Shown piece after piece: positions 37,832 to 48,600 of a stretch of DNA of 64,000 nt (position 1 is its first letter; every line of letters begins with the position of its first letter). Both the position numbers and the translations under genes were made by a program. The notes beneath the pieces are model-generated. The model was not told where the DNA came from and ran no database searches. It saw only the letters and a list, made by a program, of their open reading frames with translations. The stretch covers positions 133,796,001-133,860,000 of the forward strand of contig OZ024744.1 in NCBI GenBank assembly GCA_964016885.1, written 5' to 3'. Source of the DNA: Eledone cirrhosa. Taxonomy: Eukaryota.

Positions 37832-40104
37832 TAAGTCGGGGTTAAGTTAAGTTGGCGTTAAGTTAAGTTAGGCTTAACTTAAGTTGGGGTTCAGTTAAGT
37901 TGGGGGTAAGTTAAGTTGGGGGTAAGTTAAGGTGGGGTTAAGTTAAGTTGCGGTTAAGTTGGGGTTAAGTTAAGTTAGGGTTAAGTTAAGTTGGGGTTGA
38001 GTTAAGTTGGGGTTAATTAAGTGGTGGTTATGTTAAGTTGGGGTTAAGTTAAGTTGGGGTTAATTTAAATTGGGGTTAAGTTAACTTTGTGGTTAAGTTA
38101 AGTTGGGGTTAAGTTAAGTTGGGGTTAAGTTGGGGTTGAGTTAAGTTGGGGTTGAGTGAAGTTGGGGTTAAGTTAAGTTGGGGTTAAGTTTAGTCGGGGT
38201 TAAGTTAAGTTGTGGTTGATTTAAGTTGGGGTTAATTTAAGTTGGGGCTAAGTTAATTTGTGGTTAAGTTAAGTTGGGGTTAAGTTAAGTTGGGGTTAAG
38301 GTAAGTTGGGGTTGAGTTAATTTGGGGTTAAGTTAAGTTGGGGTTAAGTTAAGTTGGGTTTAAGTTAAGTTGGGGTTAAATTAAGTTGGGGTTAAATTAA
38401 GTTGGGGTTAAGTTAAGTTGGGGGTAAGTTAATTTGGGGGCAAATTAAGTTGGGGTTAATTTAAGTTGGGGTTAAATTAAGTTGGGGTTACGTTAAGTTG
38501 GTGTTAAGTTAAGTTGGGGTTAATTTAAGTTGGGGTTAATTAAGTTGGGGTTAAGTTAAGTTGGGGTTAAGTTAAGTTGGGGTTAATTTAAGTTGGGGTT
38601 GAGTTAAGTTGGGGTTAAGTTAATTTGGGGTTATATTAAGTTGGGGTTAAGTTAAGTTGGGGTTCAGTTAAGTTGGGGATAAGTTAAGTTGGGGTTAAGT
38701 TAAGTTGGGGTTAAGTTAAGGTGGGGTTAAGTTAAGTTGGTGTTGAGTTAAGTTGGGGCTAAGTTAAGTTGGGGCTGAGTTAAGTTGGGGCTGAGTTAAG
38801 TTGGGGTTAAGTTAAGTTGGGGTTGAGTTAAGTTGGGGTTAAGTTAAGTTGGGGTCAAGTTAAGTTGGGGTTACGTTGGGGTTATGTTAAGTTGGGGTTA
38901 AGTTAAGTTGGGGTTAAATTAATTTGTGGTTAAGTTAAGTTGGGGTTAAGTTAAGTTGGGGTTAAGTTAAGTTGGGGTTAAGTTAAGTCGGGGTTAAGTT
39001 AAGTTGGGGTTAAGTTAAGTTGGGGTTAATTTAAGTTGGGGTTAAGTTAAGTTGGGGTTAAGTTAAGTTGGGGTTAAGTTAAGATGGGGTTAAGTTAAGT
39101 TGGGGTTAAGTTAAGTTGAGGTTAAGTTAAGTTGGGGTTAAATTAAGTTGGGGTTAAGTTAAGTTGGGGTTAAGTTAAGTTGGGGTTAAGTTAAGTTGGG
39201 GATAAGTTAAGTTGGGGATAATTTAAGTTGGGGTTAAGTTAAGTTGGGTTTAAGTTAAGTTGGGGTTAAGTTAAGTTGGGGTTAAATTAAGTTGGGGTTA
39301 AGTTAAGTTGGGGTTAAGTTAAGTTGGGGTTAAGTTAAGTTGGGGCTAGGTTAAGTTGGGGCTGAGTTAAGTTGGGGTTAAGTTAAGTTGGGGTTAAGTT
39401 AAGTTGGGGTTAAGTTAAGTTGGGGTTTATATAAGTTGGGGTTAAGTTAAGTTGGGGTTCAGTTAAGTTGGGGTTAAGTTAAGTTGGGGTTAAGATGGGG
39501 TTAAATTAAGTTGGGGTTAAGTTAAGTTGGGGTTAAGTTAAGTCGGGGTTAAGTTAAGTCGGGGTTAAGTTAAGTTAGGGTTCAGTTAAGTTGGGGTTAA
39601 GTTAAGTTGGGGTTGAGTTAAGTTGGGGTTGAGTTAAATTGGGGTTGAGTTAAGTTGGGGTTGAGTTAAGTTGGTGTTGAGTTAAGTTGGGGTTAAGTTA
39701 AGTTGGGGTTAAGTTAAGTTGCAGTTAAGTTAAGTTGAGGTTAAGTTAAGGTGGGGTTAAGTTAAGTCGGGGTTAAGTTAAGTTGTGGTTGAGTTAAGTT
39801 GGGGTTAATTTAAGTTGGGGCTAAGTTAATTTGTGGTTAAGTTAATTTGGGGTTAAGTTAAGTTGGGGTTGAGTTAAGTTGGGGTTGAGTTAATTTGGGG
39901 TTAAGTTAAGTTGGGGTTAATTTAAGTTGGGTTTAAGTTAATTTGGGCTTAAATTAAGTTGGGGTTAAATTAAGTTGGGGTTAAGTTAAGTTGGGGGTAA
40001 GTTAAGTTGGGGGCAAGTTAAGTTGGGGTTAATTTAAGTTGGGGTTAAATTAAGTTGGGGTTAAGTTAAGTTGGGGTTAAGTTAAGTTGGGGTTAATTTA
40101 AGTT

Positions 40105-43100
40105 GGGGTTGAGTTAAGTTGGGGTTAAGTTAAGTTGGGGTTATATTAAGTTGGGGTTAAGTTAAGTTGGGGTTCAGTTAAGTTGGGGATAGGTTAAGTT
40201 GGGGTTAAGTTAAGTTGGGGCTAAGTTAAGTTGGGGCTGAGTTAAGTTGGGGCTGAGTTAAGTTGGGGTTAAGTTAAGTTGGGGTTGAGTTAAGTTGGGG
40301 TTAAGTTAAGTTGGGGTCAAGTTAAGTTGGGGTTAAGTTGGGGTTAAGTTAAGTTAGGTTTAAGTTAAGTTGGGGTTAAGTTAAGTTGGGGTTAAGTTAA
40401 GTTGGGGTTAAGTTAAGTTGGGGTTAAGTTAAGTTGGGGTTAAGTTAATTTGTGGTTAAGTTAAGTTTGGGTTAAGTTAAGTTGGGGTTAAATTAAGTTT
40501 GGGTTAAGTTAAGTTGGGGTTAAGTTAAGTTGGGGTTAAGTTAAGTTGGGGATAAGTTAAGTTGGGGATAATTTAAGTTGGGGTTAAGTTAAGTTGGGTT
40601 TAAGTTAAGTTGGGGTTAAGTTAAGTTGAGGCTAAGTTAAGTTGGGGCTGAGTTAAGTTGGGGTTAAGTTAAGTTGGGGTTAAGTTAAGTTGGGGTTAAT
40701 TTAAGTTGGGGTTTATTTAAGTTGGGGTTACGTTAAGTTGGTGTTAAGTTAAGTTGGGGTTAATTTAAGTTGGGGTTAATTAAGTTGGGGTTAAGTTAAG
40801 TTGGGGTTAAGTTAAGATGGGGTTAATTTAAGTTGGGATTGAGTTAAGTTGGGGTTAAGTTAAGTTGGGGTTAAGTTAAGTTGGTGTTAAGTTAAGTTGT
40901 GGCTAAGTTAAGTTGGGGCTGAGTTAAGTTGGGGCTGAGTTAAGTTGGGGTTAAGTTAAGTTGGGGTTGAGTTAAGTTGGGGTTAAGTTAAGTTGGGGTC
41001 AAGTTAAGTCGGGGTTAAGTTGGGGTTAAGTTAAGTTAGGGTTAAGTTAAGTTGGGGTTAAGTTAAGTTGGGGTTAAGTTAAGTTGGAGTTAAGTTAAGT
41101 TGGGGTTAAGTTAAGTTGGGGTTAAGTTAATTTGTGGTTAAGTTAAGTTGGGGTTAAGTTAAGTTGGGGTTAAGTTAAGTTGGGGTTAAGTTAAGTCGGG
41201 GTTAAGTTAAGTTGGGGTTAAGTTAAGTTGGGGTTAATTTAAGTTGGGGTTAAGTTAAGTTGGGGTTAAGTTAAGTTGGGGTTAAGTTAAGATGGGGTTA
41301 AGTTAAGTTGGGGTTAAGTTAAGTTGAGGTTAAGTTAAGTTGGGGTTAAATTAAGTTGGGGTTAAGTTAAGTTGGGGTTAAGTTAAGTTGGGGTTAAGTT
41401 AAGTTGAGGATAAGTTAAGTTGGGGATAATTTAAGTTGGGGTTAAGTTAAGTTGGGTTCAAGTTAAGTTGGGGTTAAGTTAAGTTGGGGTTAAGTTAAGT
41501 TGGGGTTAAGTTAAGTTGGGGTTAAGTTAAGTTGGGGTTAAGTTAAGTTGGGGCTAAGTTAAGTTGGGGCTGAGTTAAGTTGGGGTTAAGTTAAGCTGGG
41601 GTTAAGTTAAGTTGGGGTTAAGTTAAGTTGGGGTTTATTTAAGTTGGGGTTAAATTAAGTTGGGGTTCAGTTAAGTTGGGGTTAAGATAAGTTGGGGTTA
41701 AGATGGGGTTAAATTAAGTTGGGGTTAAGTTAAGTTGGGGTTAAGTTAAGTTGGGGTTAAGTTAAGTTGGGGTTAAGTTAAGTCGGGGTTAAGTTAAGTC
41801 GGGGTTAAGTTAAGTTAGGGTTCAGTTAAGTTGGGGTTAAGTTAAGTTGGGGTTGAGTTAAGTTGGGGTTGAGTTAAATTGGGGTTGAGTTAAGTTGGGG
41901 TTGAGTTAAGTTGGTTTTGAGTTAAGTTGGGGTTAAGTTAAGTTGGGGTTAAGTTAAGTTGCAGTTAAGTTAAGTTGAGGTTAAGTTAAGGTGCGGTTAA
42001 GTTAAGTTGGGGTTAAGTTAAGTTGGGGCTAAGTTAAGTTGGGGCTAAGTTAAGTTGGGGCTAAGTTAAGTTGGGGTTAAGTTAAGTCGGGGTTAAGTTA
42101 AGTTGGGGTTAAGTTAAGTTGAGGTTAATTTAATTTGGGGTTAAGTTAAGTTGGGGTTAAGTTAAGTTGGGGCTAAGTTAAGTTGGGGTTAAGTTAAGTT
42201 GGGTTTAAGTTAAGTTGGGGTTAAGTTAAGTTGGGGTCAAGTTAAGTTGGGGTTAAGTTAAGTTGGTTAGTTAAGTTGAGTTTAAGTTAAGTTGGGGTTA
42301 ATTTAAGTTGGGGTTAAGTTAAGTTGGGGTTAAGTTAAGTTGGGGTTAAGTTAAGTTGGGGTTAAGTTAAGTTGGGGTTAAGTTAAGTCGGGGTTAATTT
42401 AAGTCGGGGTTAAGTTAAGTTAGGGTTCAGTTAAGTTGGGGTTAAGTTAAGTTGGGGTTGAGTTAAGTTGGGGTTGAGTTAAATTGGCGTTGAGTTAAGT
42501 TGCGGTTGAGTTAAGTTAGTGTTGAGTTAAGTTGGGGTTAAGTTAAGTTGGGGTTAAGTTAAGTTGCAGTTAAGTTAAGTTGAGGTTAAGTTAAGGTGGG
42601 GTTAAGTTAAGTCGGGGTTAAGTTAAGTTGTGGTTGAGTTAAGTTGGGGTTAATTTAAGTTGGGGCTAAGTTAATTTGTGGTTAAGTTAAGTTGGGGTTA
42701 AGTTAAGTTGGGGTTAAGTTAAGTTGGGGTTGAGTTAAGTTGGGGTTGAGTTAATTTGGGGTTAAGTTAAGTTGGGGTTAAGTTAAGTTGGGTTTAAGTT
42801 AAGTTGGGGTTAAATTAAGTTGGGGTTAAATTAAGGTTGGGTTAAGTTAAGTTGGGGGTAAGTTAAGTTGGGGTTGAGTTAAGTTGGGGTTAAGTTAAGT
42901 TGGGGTTATATTAAGTTGGGGTTAAGTTAAGTTGGGGTTCAGTTAAGTTGGGGATAGGTTAAGTTGGGGTTAAGTTAAGTTGGGGCTAAGTTAAGTTGGG
43001 GCTGAGTTAAGTTGGGGCTGAGTTAAGTTGGGGTTAAGTTAAGTTGGGGTTGAGTTAAGTTGGGGTTAAGTTAAGTTGGGGTCAAGTTAAGTTGGGGTTA

Positions 43101-45683
43101 AGTTGGGGTTAAGTTAAGTTAGGTTTAAGTTAAGTTGGGGTTAAGTTAAGTTGGGGTTAAGTTAAGTTGGGGTTAAGTTAAGTTGGGGTTAAGTTAAGTT
43201 GGGGTTAAGTTAATTTGTGGTTAAGTTAAGTTTGGGTTAAGTTAAGTTGGGGTTAAATTAAGTTTGGGTTAAGTTAAGTTGGGGTTAAGTTAAGTTGGGG
43301 TTAAGTTAAGTTGGGGATAAGTTAAGTTGGGGATAATTTAAGTTGGGGTTAAGTTAAGTTGGGTTTAAGTTAAGTTGGGGTTAAGTTAAGTTGGGGATAA
43401 GTTAAGTTGGGGTTAAGTTAAGTTGGGGTTAAGTTAAGTTGAGGCTAAGTTAAGTTGGGGCTGAGTTAAGTTGGGGTTAAGTTAAGTTGGGGTTAAGTTA
43501 AGTTGGGGTTAATTTAAGTTGGGGTTTATTTAAGTTGGGGTTACGTTAAGTTGGTGTTAAGTTAAGTTGGGGTTAATTTAAGTTGGGGTTAATTAAGCTG
43601 GGGTTAAGTTAAGTTGGGGTTAAGTTAAGATGGGGTTAATTTAAGTTGGGATTGAGTTAAGTTGGGGTTAAGTTAAGTTGGGGTTAAGTTAAGTTGGTGT
43701 TAAGTTAAGTTGTGGCTAAGTTAAGTTGGGGCTGAGTTAAGTTGGGGCTGAGTTAAGTTGGGGTTAAGTTAAGTTGGGGTTGAGTTAAGTTGGGGTTAAG
43801 TTAAGTTGGGGTCAAGTTAAGTCGGGGTTAAGTTGGGGTTAAGTTAAGTTAGGGTTAAGTTAAGTTGGGGTTAAGTTAAGTTGGGGTTAAGTTAAGTTGG
43901 AGTTAAGTTAAGTTGGGGTTAAGTTAAGTTGGGGTTAAGTTAATTTGTGGTTAAGTTAAGTTGGGGTTAAGTTAAGTTGGGGTTAAGTTAAGTTGGGGTT
44001 AAGTTAAGTCGGGGTTAAGTTAAGTTGGGGTTAAGTTAAGTTGGGGTTAATTTAAGTTGGGGTTAAGTTAAGTTGGGGTTAAGTTAAGTTGGGGTTAAGT
44101 TAAGATGGGGTTAAGTTAAGTTGGGGTTAAGTTAAGTTGAGGTTAAGTTAAGTTGGGGTTAAATTAAGTTGGGGTTAAGTTAAGTTGGGGTTAAGTTAAG
44201 TTGGGGTTAAGTTAAGTTGAGGATAAGTTAAGTTGGGGATAATTTAAGTTGGGGTTAAGTTAAGTTGGGTTCAAGTTAAGTTGGGGTTAAGTTAAGTTGG
44301 GGTTAAGTTAAGTTGGGGTTAAGTTAAGTTGGGGTTAAGTTAAGTTGGGGTTAAGTTAAGTTGGGGCTAAGTTAAGTTGGGGCTGAGTTAAGTTGGGGTT
44401 AAGTTAAGCTGGGGTTAAGTTAAGTTGGGGTTAAGTTAAGTTGGGGTTTATTTAAGTTGGGGTTAAATTAAGTTGGGGTTCAGTTAAGTTGGGGTTAAGA
44501 TAAGTTGGGGTTAAGATGGGGTTAAATTAAGTTGGGGTTAAGTTAAGTTGGGGTTAAGTTAAGTTGGGGTTAAGTTAAGTTGGGGTTAAGTTAAGTCGGG
44601 GTTAAGTTAAGTCGGGGTTAAGTTAAGTTAGGGTTCAGTTAAGTTGGGGTTAAGTTAAGTTGGGGTTGAGTTAAGTTGGGGTTGAGTTAAATTGGGGTTG
44701 AGTTAAGTTGGGGTTGAGTTAAGTTGGTTTTGAGTTAAGTTGGGGTTAAGTTAAGTTGGGGTTAAGTTAAGTTGCAGTTAAGTTAAGTTGAGGTTAAGTT
44801 AAGGTGCGGTTAAGTTAAGTTGGGGTTAAGTTAAGTTGGGGCTAAGTTAAGTTGGGGCTAAGTTAAGTTGGGGCTAAGTTAAGTTGGGGTTAAGTTAAGT
44901 CGGGGTTAAGTTAAGTTGGGGTTAAGTTAAGTTGAGGTTAATTTAATTTGGGGTTAAGTTAAGTTGGGGTTAAGTTAAGTTGGGGCTAAGTTAAGTTGGG
45001 GTTAAGTTAAGTTGGGTTTAAGTTAAGTTGGGGTTAAGTTAAGTTGGTGTCAAGTTAAGTTGGGGTTAAGTTAAGTTGGTTAGTTAAGTTGAGTTTAAGT
45101 TAAGTTGGGGTTAATTTAAGTTGGGGTTAAGTTAAGTTGGGGTTAAGTTAAGTTGGGGTTAAGTTAAGTTGGGGTTAAGTTAAGTTGGGGTTAAGTTAAG
45201 TCGGGGTTAATTTAAGTCGGGGTTAAGTTAAGTTAGGGTTCAGTTAAGTTGGGGTTAAGTTAAGTTGGGGTTGAGTTAAGTTGGGGTTGAGTTAAATTGG
45301 CGTTGAGTTAAGTTGCGGTTGAGTTAAGTTGGTGTTGAGTTAAGTTGGGGTTAAGTTAAGTTGGGGTTAAGTTAAGTTGCAGTTAAGTTAAGTTGAGGTT
45401 AAGTTAAGGTGGGGTTAAGTTAAGTCGGGGTTAAGTTAAGTTGTGGTTGAGTTAAGTTGGGGTTAATTTAAGTTGGGGCTAAGTTAATTTGTGGTTAAGT
45501 TAAGTTGGGGTTAAGTTAAGTTGGGGTTAAGTTAAGTTGGGGTTGAGTTAAGTTGGGGTTGAGTTAATTTGGGGTTAAGTTAAGTTGGGGTTAAGTTAAG
45601 TTGGGTTTAAGTTAAGTTGGGGTTAAATTAAGTTGGGGTTAAATTAAGGTTGGGTTAAGTTAAGTTGGGGGTAAGTTAAGTTG
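40105..45683 (+). repeat. Tandem duplication, period about 2.8 kb
   Basis: Private markers: TTTGGG 40468/43233 (+2,765), GGGTTCAAG 41459/44272 (+2,813), AAGGTTGGG 42836/45649 (+2,813). The 48-bp shift equals 3 monomers. Confidence 0.85.
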
Positions 45684-48600
45684 GGGGCAAGTTAAGTTGG
45701 GGTTAATTTAAGTTGGGGTTAAATTAAGTTGGGGTTACGTTAAGTTGGTGTTAAGTTAAGTTGGGGTTAATTTAAGTTGGGGTTAATTAAGTTGGGGTTA
45801 AGTTAAGTTGGGGTTAAGTTAAGTTGGGGTTAATTTAAGTTGGGGTTGAGTTAAGTTGGAGTTCAGTTAAGTTGGGGATAAGTTAAGTTGGGGTTAAGTT
45901 AAGTTGGGGTTAAGTTAAGTTGGGGTTAAGTTAAGTTGGTGTTCAGTTAAGTTGGGGCTAAGTTAAGTTGGGGCTGAGTTAAGTTGGGGCTGAGTTAAGT
46001 TGGGCTTCAGTTAAGTTGGGGTTGAGTTAAGTTGGGGTTAAGTTAAGTTGGGGTCAAGTTAAGTTGGGGTTAAGTTGGGGTTAAGTTAAGTTAGGTTTAA
46101 GTTAAGTTGGGGTTAAGTTAAGTTGGGGTTAAGTGAAGTTGGGGTTAAGTTAAGTTGGGGTTAAGTTAAGTTGGGGTTAAGTTAATTTGTGGTTAAGTTA
46201 AGTTGGGGTTAAGTTAAGTTGGGGTTAAGTTAAGTTGGGGTTAAGTTAAGTCGGGGTTAAGTTAAGTTGGGGTTAAGTTAAGTTGGGGTTAATTTAAGTT
46301 GGGGTTAAGTTAAGTTGGGGTTAAGTTAAGTCGGGGTTAAGTTAAGTTGGGGTTAAGTTAAGTTGGGGTTAAGTTAAGTTGAGGTTAAGTTAAGTTGGGG
46401 TTAAATTAAGTTGGGGTTAAGTTAAGTTGGGGTTAAGTTAAGTTGGGGTTAAGTTAAGTTGGGGATAAGTTAAGTTGGGGATAATTTAAGTTGGGGTTAA
46501 GTTAAGTTGGGGATAAGTTAAGTTGGGGCTGATTTAAGTTGGGGTTAAGTTAAGTTGGGGTTAAGTTAAGTTGGGGTTAATTTAAGTTGGGGTTTATTTA
46601 AGTTGGGGTTACGTTAAATTGGTGTTAAGTTAAGTTGGGGTTAATTTAAGTTGGGGTTAATTAAGTTGGGGTTAAGTTAAGTTGGGGTTAATTTAAGTTG
46701 GGGTTAATTTAAGTTGGGGTTGAGTTAAGTTGGGGTTAAGTTAAGTTGGGGTTATATTAAGTTGGGGTTAAGTTAAGTTGGGGTTCAGTTAAGTTGGGGA
46801 TAAGTTAAGTTGGGGTTAAGTTAAGTTGGGGTTAAGTTAAGTTGGGGTTAAGTTAAGTTGGTGTTAAGTTAAGTTGGGGCTAATTTAAGTTGGGGCTGAG
46901 TTAAGTTGGGGCTGAGTTAAGTTGGGCTTAAGTTAAGTTGGCGTCAAGTTAAGTTGGGGTTAAGTTGGGGTTAAGTTAAGTTAGGTTTAAGTTAAGTTGG
47001 GGTTAAGTTAAGTTGGGGTTAAGTTAAGTTGGGGTTAAATTAAGTTGGGGTTAAGTTAAGTTGGGGTTAAGTTAATTTGTGGTTAAGTTAAGTTGGGGTT
47101 AAGTTAAGTTGGGGTTAAGTTAAGTTGGGGTTAAGTTAAGTCGGGGTTAAGTTAAGTTGGGTTTAAGTTAAGTTGGGGTTAATTTAAGTTGGGGTTAAGT
47201 TAAGTTGGGGTCAAGTTAAGTTGGGGTTAAGTTGGGGTTAAGTTAAGTTAGGTTTAAGTTAAGTTGGGGTTAAGTTAAGTTGGGGTTAAGTTAAGTTGGG
47301 GTTAAGTTAAGTTGGGGTTAAGTTAATTTGTGGTTAAGTTAAGTTGGGGTTAAGTTAAGTTGGGCTTAAGTTAAGTTGGGGTTAAGTTAAGTCGGGGTTA
47401 AGTTAAGTTGGGGTTAAGTTAAGTTGGGGTTAATTTAAGTTGGGGTTTATTTAAGTTGGGGTTACGTTAAGTTGGTGTTAAGTTAAGTTGGGGTTAATTT
47501 AAGTTGGGGTTAATTAAGTTGGGGTTAAGTTAAGTTGGGGTTAAGTTAAGATGGGGTTAATTTAAGTTGGGGTTGAGTTAAGTTGGGGTTAAGTTAAGTT
47601 GGGGTTATATTAAGTTGGGGTTAAGTTAAGTTGGGGTTCAGTTAAGTTGGGGATAAGTTAAGTTGGGGTTAAGTTAAGTTGGGGTTAAGTTAAGTTGGGG
47701 TTAAGTTAAGTTGGTGTTAAGTTAAGTTGTGGCTAAGTTAAGTTGGCGCTGAGTTAAGTTGGGGTTACGTTAAGTTGGTGTTAAGTTAAGTTGGGGTTAA
47801 TTTAAGTTGGGGTTAATTAAGTTGGGGTTAAGTTAAGTTGGGGTTAAGTTAAGATGGGGTTAATTTAAGTTGCGGTTGAGTTAAGTTGGGGTTAAGTTAA
47901 GTTGGGGTTATATTAAGTTGGGGTTAAGTTAAGTTGGGGTTCAGTTAAGTTGGGGATAAGTTAAGTTGGGGTTAAGTTAAGTTGGGGCTAAGTTAAGTTG
48001 GGGCTGAGTTAAGTTGGGGCTGAGTTAAGTTGGGGTTAAGTTGGGGTTAATTTAAGTTAGGTTTAAGTTAAGTTGGGGTCAAGTTAAGTTGGGGTTAAGT
48101 TGGGGTTAATTTAAGTTAGGTTTAAGTTAAGTTGGGGTTAAGTTAAGTTGGGGTTAAGTTAAGTTGGGGTTAAGTTAAGTTGGGGTTAAGTTAAGTTGGG
48201 GTTGAGTTAAGTTGGGGTTAAGTTAAGTTGGGGTCAAGTTAAGTTGGGGTTAAGTTGGGGTTAAGTTAAGTTAGGTTTAAGTTAAGTTGGGGTTAAGTTA
48301 AGTTGGGGTTAAGTTAAGTTGGGGTTAAGTTAAGTTGGGGTTAAGTTAAGTTGGGGTTAAGTTAATTTGTGGTTAAGTTAAGTTGGGGTTAAGTTGAGTT
48401 GGGGTTAAGTTAAGTTGGGGTTAAATTAAGTTGGGGTTAAGTTAAGTTGGGGTTAAGTTAAGTTGGGGTTAAGTTAAGTTGGGGATAAGTTAAGTTGGGG
48501 ATAATTTAAGTTGGGGTTAAGTAAAGTTGGGTTTAAGTTAAGTTGGGGTTAAGTTAAGTTGGGGATAAGTTAAGTTGGGGTTAAGTTAAGTTGGGGTTAA

